Origin: Coprothermobacterota bacterium
GTDB lineage: Bacteria > Coprothermobacterota > HKB111
Assembly: GCA_037440465.1 (NCBI GenBank)
Contig: JBBIUB010000002.1
Coordinates: 1-64,000, forward strand
Reading direction: 5' to 3'
DNA: 64,000 nucleotides
This document shows positions 19,587 through 29,823 of the stretch, one piece after another. Under the pieces are notes generated by a model, which was given only the letters and a program-made list of their open reading frames with translations, ran no database searches and was not told where the DNA came from. Position 1 is the first letter of the stretch, and each line of letters opens with the position of its first letter. The translations under genes and the position numbers were made by a program.

Positions 19587-20483
19587 CTAATAAGAGGTGT
19601 TGGGGTTGTGTTTCCCTAAACGAACTATGGCTCTAAGCTTGGTTCCTACCCCCACTCTACTATCTATTTTGAACTCATCAGAATTTTTTTTGATATTTGA
19701 TAAACCCATACCAGCTCCAAATCCCATTTCACGAATATAATCAGGAGCAGTACTGAACCCCTCTTGGATTGCCAGACTGATATCAGGAATACCAGGTCCT
19801 TTATCTTCTGCCAGAATCTCTATTTTATCTGTATTTATGTTTGCTTTAAGAACACCTTTATCGGCATAAATAACAATATTCATCTCTGCTTCATAAGCGA
19901 TAATCCCAATTCTGCGAAGTTGATCTGGGGAAATTGATAGCTTCTGAAGGGATTTTCTTAATTGTAAAGCAGCGTTACCAGCGTGGGTAAAATCTTTTCC
20001 GAGAATCGGGTAGGCATAACTTATTATTCCCTCCGAAGAGGCTTCATTCTTAGACTCTTGTTGGTCAAATACCTCTTGCAGAAAGGAAAATAAAGACCAC
20101 CAGTATATCATACCTATTACCTTAAAATCATCGTCCACAACAGGTAGTCTGCCAAACTTAAATCTGTTCATATCGCGAAGAGCATCAAGCAAAGTATAAT
20201 GTTTTGTAACAAATTTAGCAGGTGTACTCATATATTTACTTACAGGTGCTTCTAAATCCTTATTCTCCAGGCAGTTGATAAGATCACTCATAGAAAGAAT
20301 ACCGAGAAGATGACCATCATCATCAGTGGTCGGGATGCCATCAAGCCTTCTAAGTCGCATCAATTCTTTAGCATGACGCATTTGCCAATAAGGAGTAACC
20401 CGGGGTATATTCTTCACCATGGCTTTTTCAACATTCAAAGAAAGCGTATCTTTTTCTATATCTTTATGCACCTTTGATTCCAC
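19587..20483 (-). CDS. CBS-pair + RsbT-like anti-sigma/Ser-Thr kinase (HATPase) fusion
   Basis: Two CBS repeats, then YEAEMN, DKGPGI, GFGAGMGLSN. Confidence 0.85.
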   Translation of the reverse strand: MESKVHKDIEKDTLSLNVEKAMVKNIPRVTPYWQMRHAKELMRLRRLDGIPTTDDDGHLLGILSMSDLINCLENKDLEAPVSKYMSTPAKFVTKHYTLLDALRDMNRFKFGRLPVVDDDFKVIGMIYWWSLFSFLQEVFDQQESKNEASSEGIISYAYPILGKDFTHAGNAALQLRKSLQKLSISPDQLRRIGIIAYEAEMNIVIYADKGVLKANINTDKIEILAEDKGPGIPDISLAIQEGFSTAPDYIREMGFGAGMGLSNIKKNSDEFKIDSRVGVGTKLRAIVRLGKHNPNTSY

Positions 20484-20811
20484 AATAGTAGAGAATTCCG
20501 CATGTTTCGTATAGTGATTTATTAGTTAAAATGAGTGGAATATCCAAATCTTTAACTAAATTAACCACCGAATCATCAGGCTTTTTACCACCTACAAGAA
20601 CAATAGCGATCATATCCATCATCTCAGCGGTCCTGACCATTTGAGGGCTACATAAAGCAGTTATTAAAAGAGCTCCTGATGTTGGAGAAGCTAAAACATC
20701 ACTCATAAGATCTGCAGCCCAAGCCCTTTCAACCTCGATACCAAGGCTTACGCTACAATGAAATATTTTACCATCTATCTTTGCAATTATTTGATTGAGT
20801 TTCAAGGTCAT
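20464..20811 (-). CDS. DRTGG-domain protein
   Basis: AADLMSDVL, LLIT, VRTAEM; start uncertain, overlaps valS 3' end. Confidence 0.8.
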   Translation of the reverse strand: MTLKLNQIIAKIDGKIFHCSVSLGIEVERAWAADLMSDVLASPTSGALLITALCSPQMVRTAEMMDMIAIVLVGGKKPDDSVVNLVKDLDIPLILTNKSLYETCGILYYCGIKGA

Positions 20812-23449
20812 CCTCACCTAAATAGTTTATTATTTCTTCTATCTTATTAACTTGTTTTTCTAAATCCATAGCTTTTAACTTATAATCCTCCACAGTTTGA
20901 GGATTCGCTTTCTCAATAAACATCTGGTTTGCAAGATCCTTTTGAATTTTATTTAGATCTTCTCTTAACTTTAATAACATTTCACTTAAGCGATTCTTTT
21001 CTTCATTAAGATCTACTAAACCTTTTAGATTGACAAATATTGATGTTCCCCTTACAACCTGGGTAGCTGTATGTTTAGGTAATGTATCTAATTCGCAAGT
21101 TATCTTAAGCTCCTGCACTCCTGCTAATGCATTTATTACAGGTGAACCTTCAATAAGAGTTTCATATTCAAAAGCATCTGTTGGGTGCAAAATAACACTT
21201 ATTTTTTTATCTGGCTTTATCTTGAAAAGACTTTTTATATTCCTCAACGCAGTAACCGCATCAAATATATATGATACTTTATTAATAGAACTCTCAGATT
21301 CTGAGATAGGAATTTCTTTTACCCATTTTTGTTTTATCAAAGGCACTTTCTCTTCAGGATAAAGGTTATGAAAAATATGTTCGGTAATAAACGGAATAAC
21401 AGGATGAAGCATAACGAGAATGGTTTTCAAAACATAACGGAGAATTGATGAAGTATCTGCTGTTTCCTTTTTAAGTTTTGCAATTTCAATATACCAATCA
21501 CAATAATCTTTCCAGAAGAAATCTTCTAATACTTTAATATAATTACTAAAATCAAAAGCTTCGAGTTTTTTATTGGCTTCTTTAACTACTCTGGATAAAC
21601 GGGTTAAAATGAACTGGTCAAAAATATCAAGGTTTGAAGAACTTTGAAAAAGGTCTTCTCCATTATTTTCCTTTGTTACGGAAATTACAAATCGAGAAGC
21701 ATTCCATAGTTTATTCATAAAATTTCTACTATGAATTAGATAGGGCTTTCTCAAAGTAATATCTTGCCCCCCAAGAGTATTCAAAGAAGACAGGGTAAAC
21801 CGTAAGGCATCAGTACCATATTCATCTGCTAATGCCAGCGGATCTAAGACATTACCCAATGATTTTGACATTTTCCTACCTTTTTCATCTCTAACAAGTC
21901 CATGTATGTATACATATTTAAATGGCGGTTTATTTGTAAGTTCGAGCCCACTCATTATCATTCTTGAAACCCAGAAGGTTATAATATCGTAACCAGTAAC
22001 CAACACGGTCGTTGGGTAAAAATATTTTAAATCTTCTGTATCAGATGGCCAGTGAAAAACTGAAAAGGGCCAGAGTGCAGAGCTAAACCAGGTATCTAAG
22101 ACATCTTCAACTTTCTTGAGCTCACCGGAACAACATTTAGGACAGTTAATAGGTTCGGTCTGTTGAACCAATAATTCGCCACAAGGTTCACAAATCCAGG
22201 CGGGTATTCTATGGCCCCACCATAATTGGCGCGATATGCACCAGTCTTTAAGATTTTCCATCCAATCTAAATATACCTTAGTCCATTTTTCAGGGATAAA
22301 GATAATCTCACCATCGCGCACCTTCTCTATAGCTGCCTTTTTAATCTCATTAACTTTCAAAAACCATTGTTCTGAGAGTAATGGTTCAATTAAAGTGTCG
22401 CACCTGCTGCATCTTCCTGGAGAATAGAGATAAGGCTTTTCTTCTAAAATGCGTCCTTCAGATTTAAGGTTACTTATTACTTTTTCTCTGGCTTCCAGGA
22501 CTTTAAGACCAGAATATTCTTTTCCACCATTTTCAGTTATCAACCCATCAACACCTACAACAGATATAAGATCCAGGTTATGCCTCTGACTGATATCATA
22601 ATCTAAGAAGTCGTGTGCTGGAGTTACCTTTACTACCCCAGTTCCAAAATTAGGGTCTACATCTTCATCAGCTACTATCGGAAGTATTCTACCGATTAGA
22701 GGAAGTATTGCATACTTACCTTTAAGAGATTTATACCTTCCATCTTCGGGATGAACCGCTAAGGCTGTGTCACCCAACATCGTCTCGGGACGTGACGTGG
22801 CTACACTTACTTCTCCTCCATCCTCAAGAGAGTAAAGAATATGATAAAGAATACCGTTAGTTTCCTCTTTTTCAACTTCTATATCAGAAATTGCGGTGGA
22901 GCACCTCGGGCACCAGTTTATTAAATATTTTCCTCTATATATATATCCTTTCTCATACATCCTTACAAAAAATTTTATAACAGCCCTGGAGCAGATTTCA
23001 TCCATGGTGAACCTTTCTCTGCTCCAGTCACAGGAAGCTCCCAACCTTTTGATTTGAGAGGTAATTATCCTACTATATCTTTCTCTGAACTCCTGCATCC
23101 GCTCTAAAAAGGCTTCATGGCCAATCTGTGTTCTATGGATTCCCTCTTTACTTAGCTCTTCTTCAACGACATTCTGTGCAGCTATGCCGGCATGGTCAAG
23201 ACCGGGCACCCAGAGAGTTGGCTTACCTTTCATGCGGTTGTAACGAATTAATATATCCTGCAAAGTAATATCCAGGGCGTGCCCCAGATGAAGAGAACCT
23301 GTAACGTTAAGTGGGGGTATAACTATTACGAATGGAGTAACACCTTCCTTTATTTCAGGCAAGAAGTAATTCCCTCCTTCCCAAAAGAAGTACCATTTAT
23401 CCTCAATATCTTTATGATTATAACGTGTAGATAACTGCATATTGCTCAC
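20768..23449 (-). CDS. valS: Valine--tRNA ligase
   Basis: NVTGSLHLGH, DWCISRQLWWGH, KMSKS, C-terminal coiled coil; likely start is ATG 23440. Confidence 0.98.
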   Translation of the reverse strand: MSNMQLSTRYNHKDIEDKWYFFWEGGNYFLPEIKEGVTPFVIVIPPLNVTGSLHLGHALDITLQDILIRYNRMKGKPTLWVPGLDHAGIAAQNVVEEELSKEGIHRTQIGHEAFLERMQEFRERYSRIITSQIKRLGASCDWSRERFTMDEICSRAVIKFFVRMYEKGYIYRGKYLINWCPRCSTAISDIEVEKEETNGILYHILYSLEDGGEVSVATSRPETMLGDTALAVHPEDGRYKSLKGKYAILPLIGRILPIVADEDVDPNFGTGVVKVTPAHDFLDYDISQRHNLDLISVVGVDGLITENGGKEYSGLKVLEAREKVISNLKSEGRILEEKPYLYSPGRCSRCDTLIEPLLSEQWFLKVNEIKKAAIEKVRDGEIIFIPEKWTKVYLDWMENLKDWCISRQLWWGHRIPAWICEPCGELLVQQTEPINCPKCCSGELKKVEDVLDTWFSSALWPFSVFHWPSDTEDLKYFYPTTVLVTGYDIITFWVSRMIMSGLELTNKPPFKYVYIHGLVRDEKGRKMSKSLGNVLDPLALADEYGTDALRFTLSSLNTLGGQDITLRKPYLIHSRNFMNKLWNASRFVISVTKENNGEDLFQSSSNLDIFDQFILTRLSRVVKEANKKLEAFDFSNYIKVLEDFFWKDYCDWYIEIAKLKKETADTSSILRYVLKTILVMLHPVIPFITEHIFHNLYPEEKVPLIKQKWVKEIPISESESSINKVSYIFDAVTALRNIKSLFKIKPDKKISVILHPTDAFEYETLIEGSPVINALAGVQELKITCELDTLPKHTATQVVRGTSIFVNLKGLVDLNEEKNRLSEMLLKLREDLNKIQKDLANQMFIEKANPQTVEDYKLKAMDLEKQVNKIEEIINYLGEDDLETQSNNCKDRW

Positions 23450-23485
23450 CTCATAGTTTTCTTTAATTTAATAATAATACTACAA

Positions 23486-24130
23486 TCAAAACATCATTTG
23501 CCACTTAGCAACTTCTTTCAATATTTGGTAGTACATATACATACGGTAAGCAAAACCTTTTTTAAACCCTATTTTTTCTTCTTTTGTTACCTGAGATGAA
23601 CCTTTTAGAAATACAACTTTTTCTTTTAACCCTAATTTCCTTACAAGTAAATATAGAAGAGTCTCAAAGGCATAACCTTTATGCTGAAGTTTGTCTTTAT
23701 ACTCCAGTATAATCCTTTTTCTAATACCTCTTTGCCCTGAGAGAAAAGGAGTAAGCCATTGAGCCAGGGTAGTATTAAGTCTACCACCCAGAAATATGCC
23801 CAGAGTAGTATCAGCAGTTCCATTGATAATTGGATAGAGCATTTCATTGATGTGTTCTTTAGTTAGCCCTATCAAGTCTGCATCAATTAATAAAACTATT
23901 TCATAAATACTGAGTTTAACCCCTGCAATGATGGCATCACTCTTCCCCTTATTTAAACAAAGGGTTACAACATTTGCACCGTGATAATTTGCTACTTCTG
24001 ATGTTTTATCAGTTGAGCCATCGCTTACTACAATAACCTCTCCAACAAAAAAAGAGGAAAATGCGGCATCTATAACATGTCCAACCCGTGGCTCCTCGTT
24101 ATATGCTGGTATTACTACTGAAACCTTCAA
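23486..24130 (-). CDS. Family 2 glycosyltransferase
   Basis: VVIPAYNEE, DGSTD, DAD, SGQR. Confidence 0.88.
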   Translation of the reverse strand: MKVSVVIPAYNEEPRVGHVIDAAFSSFFVGEVIVVSDGSTDKTSEVANYHGANVVTLCLNKGKSDAIIAGVKLSIYEIVLLIDADLIGLTKEHINEMLYPIINGTADTTLGIFLGGRLNTTLAQWLTPFLSGQRGIRKRIILEYKDKLQHKGYAFETLLYLLVRKLGLKEKVVFLKGSSQVTKEEKIGFKKGFAYRMYMYYQILKEVAKWQMMF

Positions 24131-25154
24131 ACAATACCTCCTGTAGATAAGCTAAGGCATTTTCTTCTGTCATAATACCTATATTTTTCCCCTTCATAAA
24201 AAAAAGAAGACCCTCTTTAGTTCCAGCTAACCCAATATCTGCTTCTCTCGCTTCGCCGGGACCGTTAATCTCACAACCCATAACTGCAATTTTTACTGGC
24301 TTCTTCACATCTTTTGATATTTCCTTGATAACCATGGCCAGATGTAAGATGTCTATTCTTTTTCTCCCACATCCAGGACATGAAATTAAATTAACACCAA
24401 TTTCATTTAAACCAAGGCTTCTTAGAAGATGAACACCAACCTCAACTTCTCTGAGTGCCCCATCTGTAAGAGAAACTCTTATTGTATCCCCTATTCCCAA
24501 AAGTAGTAGATGACCTATACCCAGAACAGATTTAACTACACCCTGGAGACCAAACCCAGCCTCTGTTAATCCAATGTGAAGAGGGTAGTCCGTTAGAGAA
24601 GAAATAGCTTTATATATATCAATACTTCGATTTACATCAGAGTCTTTCACTGAAATCATAAGTGATCTCTGCCCAACTCCCTCCATAACTTCAACTGCCC
24701 TTAAGGTTTCTTCCTCCATTGCTTTAATTAAGCTTCTATTTTTCAAAGGGAGAGACCCTGAGTTAAGCCCAATACGTACAGAAACACCATAATCCAATGT
24801 AGCTTTTCCAATATCCTTTAAACCTTTTAAAGGGGTATTACCTGGATTTACTCTAACCATAGCAAAACCTTTTTTTGCTGACTGAATCCCCAAATTTGGA
24901 TTAATGTGAACATCAGCTATCACAGGTAAAAAAACTTTATCTTTTATCTTTGAAAAGGTTTCAACTTCATCAAGTGTATTTACTGCAACTCTTTGAATGT
25001 TAGCACCAGCCAATCTAACTTGAGTAGTCTCTTCAAGAAAAGTATTAATATTATCAAGACTTGACCTTGACATTGTTTCAATTAATATAGGGCTTCTTTC
25101 CCCGACTGAAATACCCCCTAATTTAATCTTTTGACTTTTTCTCTTTTCAATCAC
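24099..25154 (-). CDS. ispG: (E)-4-hydroxy-3-methylbut-2-enyl-diphosphate synthase
   Basis: RVNPGN, PLHIGLTEAG, GDTIRVSL, SCPGCGR, MGCxxNGPGE. Confidence 0.93.
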   Translation of the reverse strand: MIEKRKSQKIKLGGISVGERSPILIETMSRSSLDNINTFLEETTQVRLAGANIQRVAVNTLDEVETFSKIKDKVFLPVIADVHINPNLGIQSAKKGFAMVRVNPGNTPLKGLKDIGKATLDYGVSVRIGLNSGSLPLKNRSLIKAMEEETLRAVEVMEGVGQRSLMISVKDSDVNRSIDIYKAISSLTDYPLHIGLTEAGFGLQGVVKSVLGIGHLLLLGIGDTIRVSLTDGALREVEVGVHLLRSLGLNEIGVNLISCPGCGRKRIDILHLAMVIKEISKDVKKPVKIAVMGCEINGPGEAREADIGLAGTKEGLLFFMKGKNIGIMTEENALAYLQEVLFEGFSSNTSI

Positions 25155-26152
25155 TTAAAGAAGAGACCTTTAAGCTCCCTTAGAGAAACTACAGCCAGAA
25201 TGGACATTAAAAAAACAAAACCTATAAGATTAACAATTCCCAATACTCTCGGGTTTGGGCGTTTTTTAGTAATAGACTCATAAATAAAAGTGATAACATA
25301 ACCACCATCAAGCGCAGGGAAAGGAAAGAGATTAATTGTAGCAAGGTTAGCACTTAATAAAGCCATAATGAAGAGAAGGTATAGTATTCCAGCTCCGTAA
25401 GCTCTACTAACAACCTGAGCAATTCCCACTGGACCAAGAAGCTCAAGTGGGGTTCCTTTGATTATATAAGATAAAATAGCTCCTATAATAGAGATGGAGG
25501 CAGATGCTGTTCTTAGGAAGCCAAGATAAATTGCTGATATTGGAGATGTTTTTTGAAATGCTGGGAAAACTCCTATCATTCCAACTTGTCTTACTGAATC
25601 AAGGGTCGGGACTATCTTTACTTGAATAATTTCATCATTTCTATTAATTGTAAAAATAAGCTCCTTTTCAGGATTATCATTTACAATACTGACTAATTCC
25701 TTCCATGATTGAACATCTTTACCATCTATTGCAACAACTGTATCTCCAGGCTTTAATCCTGCTTGTTGAGCAGGCATTCCTGAAACAAAGCCACTAATAG
25801 TGGTAGTAGGATTTAAGGGGTCACCATATATAAGGATTACACAAAACAAAATAAAAGATAAAATATAGTTCATGAAAGAACCACCTAATACCACTTTCAT
25901 CCGTGACCAGGGAGAACCAGCAATAAAACCAGTCTCTTCTTCAAAAAGTCCTTCCACCTTAGCATAACCACCAAAAGGTATCATGCCAATAGAAAAAACA
26001 GTTTCGGCTTTTTTAGTTTTATATATAGCTGGACCAAGGCCAATCGAGAATCTGCTTACCTTGAAACCTTCTTTTTTTGCTAATAAGAAATGCCCAAACT
26101 CATGAATGCCCACTAATAACCCAAAAACAAATAATACAGCTAATATATTCAC
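25151..26152 (-). CDS. rseP: RIP metalloprotease RseP (M50, one PDZ)
   Basis: HEFGH, PDZ domain, NLFPFPALDGG. Confidence 0.93.
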   Translation of the reverse strand: MNILAVLFVFGLLVGIHEFGHFLLAKKEGFKVSRFSIGLGPAIYKTKKAETVFSIGMIPFGGYAKVEGLFEEETGFIAGSPWSRMKVVLGGSFMNYILSFILFCVILIYGDPLNPTTTISGFVSGMPAQQAGLKPGDTVVAIDGKDVQSWKELVSIVNDNPEKELIFTINRNDEIIQVKIVPTLDSVRQVGMIGVFPAFQKTSPISAIYLGFLRTASASISIIGAILSYIIKGTPLELLGPVGIAQVVSRAYGAGILYLLFIMALLSANLATINLFPFPALDGGYVITFIYESITKKRPNPRVLGIVNLIGFVFLMSILAVVSLRELKGLFFK

Positions 26153-26952
26153 ATTAATGCCTTATTAATAATTTTTGTAAATAGATAAAAGCCAAGAAAC
26201 ACAAAAACCAGGCTATCAATACGGTCCAAAAAACCACCGTGACCAGGTAAGAGGTTTGAAGAATCTTTTATACCATATGCTCTCTTTATAAAGGATTCGC
26301 ACAAATCTCCCAGTGTAGCCAGCGGAGCTGTCAAAATTGCCAGTAATAATTTAATAAAATTATCGTTAATTTGAAAATAAGATCCAATTAATAGTGAGAC
26401 AACTATTACTATAAGAACTCCTCCAATAAATCCTTCCCAGCTTTTTTTTGGTGAAACATTAGGTGATAAAGGGTGTTTACTCCATATTTTTCCAATGAAA
26501 TATGAACCTGAATCAAAACTCCAGGTTAGAATAAAAGCCATAAGAGCAAGGTTAGAATCCACCATTTTTAGCAAAAGAATAAAAGGTAAAAGAAAACCAA
26601 GATACAACAATCCTGCCATAAATTGCCCCAGAATATTTTTCCCTTCTGGTGGTATTGTAGAGAAAAAAAGACTTATCAGTATTATCACGGCACTAATCGC
26701 CCATAAGATAGGACTCAAATCATTTCTTTGAATGAATAATAGATATAGGTTAACTTCGAAGACCATGAACCCTGATAATACTAAAAGGGAAGGTATCTTT
26801 ATCCCTCCCATTTTGCTTATTTCCCACCATGTTATTCCAAGAACTATGGCTAAAAGAGAGTATAAAATACGACTATCAGGATGCCATACTGCAAATAGAA
26901 CTAACGGGCCTAATAAAAGTGCTGTTCCTATTCTTTGAGTAAGTTCCCTCAC
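26149..26952 (-). CDS. cdsA: Phosphatidate cytidylyltransferase
   Basis: SPKKSWEG, GDLxESxIKR, KDSSNLLPGHGGFLDRID. Confidence 0.95.
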   Translation of the reverse strand: MRELTQRIGTALLLGPLVLFAVWHPDSRILYSLLAIVLGITWWEISKMGGIKIPSLLVLSGFMVFEVNLYLLFIQRNDLSPILWAISAVIILISLFFSTIPPEGKNILGQFMAGLLYLGFLLPFILLLKMVDSNLALMAFILTWSFDSGSYFIGKIWSKHPLSPNVSPKKSWEGFIGGVLIVIVVSLLIGSYFQINDNFIKLLLAILTAPLATLGDLCESFIKRAYGIKDSSNLLPGHGGFLDRIDSLVFVFLGFYLFTKIINKALM

Positions 26953-27509
26953 GACACCTCCATTATCTCCTTTTCTTTAGCTTTTTGCACATCATCTGCT
27001 ATCAAGATATATTTATCTGTCAGTTTTTGTATCATCTCTTGAATTCTATAAGAAAGGTCTTCAGATAATTTACCTTTTGTTTGAGCATCTTTTAAATGCT
27101 CATTCTGATTTCTCCTAATAGATCGGATAGCTACTCTGGAATCTTCAACTTCCCTATGGACAAATTTAACAAGTTCTTTTCTTCTTTCTTCTGATAAAGG
27201 AGGAAAAACCAGTCGGATATTATTTCCATCATTAGCTGGAGTTATTCCTAATTCTGATTTTAAGATAGCTTTTTCGACTTCTTTCAATAAAGTTTTATCC
27301 CATGGTTGGATTAGGAGAGTACGCGAATCAAGAGTTGTAACCTGGCAGAGTTGAAGTAAAGGCGTTGGTACATCATAATACATAACAGTTATTTTTTCTA
27401 ATAAACGAGGATTAACTCTCCCTGCTCTTATAAGTGAAAGATTTTCTTTAAGCTTCAATATGGACTTATTCATAAGTACTTCTGTTTCATCAAGAATTTC
27501 CTTTTCCAC
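26949..27509 (-). CDS. frr: Ribosome recycling factor
   Basis: RAGR, IQPWD, PPLSEERRKEL, RVAIRSIRR. Confidence 0.97.
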   Translation of the reverse strand: MEKEILDETEVLMNKSILKLKENLSLIRAGRVNPRLLEKITVMYYDVPTPLLQLCQVTTLDSRTLLIQPWDKTLLKEVEKAILKSELGITPANDGNNIRLVFPPLSEERRKELVKFVHREVEDSRVAIRSIRRNQNEHLKDAQTKGKLSEDLSYRIQEMIQKLTDKYILIADDVQKAKEKEIMEVS

Positions 27510-27514
27510 TTATA

Positions 27515-28246
27515 TCACCTCTCTTCCCCTATCTTCGTGCCGATATTTTCACCCATAATAACTTTTGTTATGTTTTGAGGGTCATCTATGTTAAAAACAA
27601 TAATTTTAAGTTTATGGTCTCGTGAAAGTGAAACAGCTGTTGCATCTATAGCATTTAGAGTCCTTGCAAGGATTTCTGTGTATGATATTTCATCATATTT
27701 ATATGCATTTAGTTCAATATTTGGATCAGCTGTGTAAACACCATCTACTTTATTTTTTGCCATTAACAAGGCGTCAGCTCCAATTTCTACAGCCCTCAAG
27801 GCAGCCGCAGTATCTGTAGTAAAGAACGGATTGCCAGTTCCAGCTGCAAAAATTACTATTCTTCCCTTCTCTAAATGTCGGATTGCTCTTCTTAAAATAA
27901 ATGGTTCTGCTACTTCTCTCATTTCTATTGCTGTTAGAACCCTTGTTTGGATTCCTTTTCCTTCCAGTACACCCTGGAGGGCAAGGGCATTAATTACTGT
28001 AGATAGAATACCCATGTAGTCAGAGGTAGCTCTACTAATACCAAATTCATCTCCTTGTTTACCACGCCAAAGGTTACCACCACCCACAACTATTCCAACC
28101 TCTACTCCCATTTTAGAAAGATCAACTATTGAAGCAGCAATTCCTTGGAGTGTATCGTGATGTATACCGCTTTCTTTTGACCCAGAAAAAGCTTCCCCAC
28201 TTAGCTTTAGTACTATTCTCTTAAACAAAGGTATTTTAGTTTTCAT
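27515..28246 (-). CDS. pyrH: UMP kinase
   Basis: KLSGE, GGGN, GTGNPFFTTD. Confidence 0.97.
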   Translation of the reverse strand: MKTKIPLFKRIVLKLSGEAFSGSKESGIHHDTLQGIAASIVDLSKMGVEVGIVVGGGNLWRGKQGDEFGISRATSDYMGILSTVINALALQGVLEGKGIQTRVLTAIEMREVAEPFILRRAIRHLEKGRIVIFAAGTGNPFFTTDTAAALRAVEIGADALLMAKNKVDGVYTADPNIELNAYKYDEISYTEILARTLNAIDATAVSLSRDHKLKIIVFNIDDPQNITKVIMGENIGTKIGEER

Positions 28247-28832
28247 TAGCCTTAAAACGTATAAATCTCTTAATAATTATATTTTCACCAGTCCTGGCAA
28301 TAACTTCTTTTATTAGATCTTCAATCTTTTTATTGTTATCTTTAATAAATACTTGTTCAAGTAGACAGCTGTTTTTATAGAAATTTTCTACTTTCCCATG
28401 GGCAATCTTTTCTAAAACATCAGGAGGCCTGCCTTCTGTTTCAGCTTGAGCTTTATATATTGCAAGTTCCTTTTCAATTACTTCAGTGGGAACATCCCCT
28501 CTCGAAATATAAACAGGAGTCATTGCTGTTATCTGAAGAGCAATATCTTTAGCCAAGTCTCTAAATTCTGGGGTTCTTGCCACAAAATCAGTTTCACAAC
28601 TAAGCTCTAACATCACCCCGACCTGTCTGTCATGATGAATATAGGCTTCTATTATTCCTGCTTTAGTTAATCTTGACATCTTTTTTATTGCCTGGGTTAA
28701 ACCTTTCTTTCTTAAGAGTTCTGCAGCTTTATTTATATCACCATCCATTTCTTCCAGAGTTTTTTTACAATCAAGAAATCCCGCTCCAGTCATTTCTCTT
28801 AATGTTTTTACCTGTTCTGATGTAACGATCAT
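28236..28832 (-). CDS. tsf: Elongation factor Ts (short form)
   Basis: [16 protein letters not shown]. Confidence 0.97.
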   Translation of the reverse strand: MIVTSEQVKTLREMTGAGFLDCKKTLEEMDGDINKAAELLRKKGLTQAIKKMSRLTKAGIIEAYIHHDRQVGVMLELSCETDFVARTPEFRDLAKDIALQITAMTPVYISRGDVPTEVIEKELAIYKAQAETEGRPPDVLEKIAHGKVENFYKNSCLLEQVFIKDNNKKIEDLIKEVIARTGENIIIKRFIRFKANEN

Positions 28833-29629
28833 ATAATAGAATCCTCCTCTTTTACTATATAATCATCCTCGGTAATCACAGTCTCTAATGAAATTATCTC
28901 TTCTATTTCTTCAGGCCTGTCTTCTTTTGTAGTTCCTTCTAATTGAAGACCTTGCCTTCCTTCAATAATTGCATCAGCCATAAGACTTAAAATTAATCTT
29001 ATAGCTCTAATGGCATCATCATTACCTGGTATGGGGATGGTTACTCCTGTTGGGTCACAGTTTGTATCAACTAAAGCAATTACAGGTATGTTTAATTTGT
29101 TTGCTTCTCTTATGGCTATCTCTTCTTTTTTTACATCAACTACTACTATAGTTTTCGGTATTTCTTCCATACCCAGAACCCCTGTAAGATTCCTTTCTAA
29201 TTTCTTTAAAACAGTCATCTGGTGTTGGCGTTCTTGTATAGGAAGACGATTAATTTCACCATTATTTACTATTTCTCTTAATGTTTTTAGTTTTTCTATC
29301 CTGCTTCTAATGGTAGTAAAATTTGTTAGAAGTCCACCTAACCACCTTTCATTTACATAAAAGGCTCCTGCTTTTTGTGCTTCTTCAGAAACTGCGCCTT
29401 GTGCCTGCCTTTTGGTTCCTACAAAAAGAACTGAACCCCCGGAAGATGAGATATCTTTTATAAATGAATATGCTTCTTCTACTTTTCTCTTGGTGATTTG
29501 AAGGTCAATAATGTGAATACCATTTCTCTCTGAAAAAATAAAACTCTTCATTCTTGGTTCCCATCTCCGAGTCTGATGTCCGAAGTGAACCCCTGCTTCC
29601 AGCAATTGTTTAAGTGTTACAACGCTCAA
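28829..29629 (-). CDS. rpsB: 30S ribosomal protein S2
   Basis: AGVHFGH, RWLGG, DTNCDP, PGNDDA; TTG start after AAGGAGG. Confidence 0.98.
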   Translation of the reverse strand: MSVVTLKQLLEAGVHFGHQTRRWEPRMKSFIFSERNGIHIIDLQITKRKVEEAYSFIKDISSSGGSVLFVGTKRQAQGAVSEEAQKAGAFYVNERWLGGLLTNFTTIRSRIEKLKTLREIVNNGEINRLPIQERQHQMTVLKKLERNLTGVLGMEEIPKTIVVVDVKKEEIAIREANKLNIPVIALVDTNCDPTGVTIPIPGNDDAIRAIRLILSLMADAIIEGRQGLQLEGTTKEDRPEEIEEIISLETVITEDDYIVKEEDSII

Positions 29630-29634
29630 AAAAG

Positions 29635-29732
29635 TACCTCCTTAAGGTTTTTTAGCCTCCACTTTTTTCTTTTTTTCCTGTTGCGGTTTTTACAAAACCG
29701 ACCTAACAAGAAAATCTAAAAGTGTGCGTTTT
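29635..29732 (-). promoter_or_regulatory. Probable S2 autoregulatory leader of rpsB-tsf
   Basis: Minus-strand stem CACUUUU...AAAAGUG followed by GAGGC, with an internal hairpin; extended -10 TGTTATACT just upstream (29740-29748). Confidence 0.55.
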
Positions 29733-29774
29733 GTTTAATAGTATAACACGAAGTTTCAAAATTAGTGAACTGTA

Positions 29775-29803
29775 AGGATTCAAGGGGTGAATCTTCGAAT
29801 CCT
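29775..29803. repeat. Hairpin built from GGATTCAA-type octamer units
   Basis: AGGATTCAAGGGGTGAATCTTCGAATCCT; same unit as the repeats at 44589 and 59144. Confidence 0.45.
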
Positions 29804-29823
29804 ACTCTTTAAGGTGTTCAGTA

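Noticed and set aside
23450..23485. T-box leader for valS
   Set aside because: Spacer too short and no T-box consensus.
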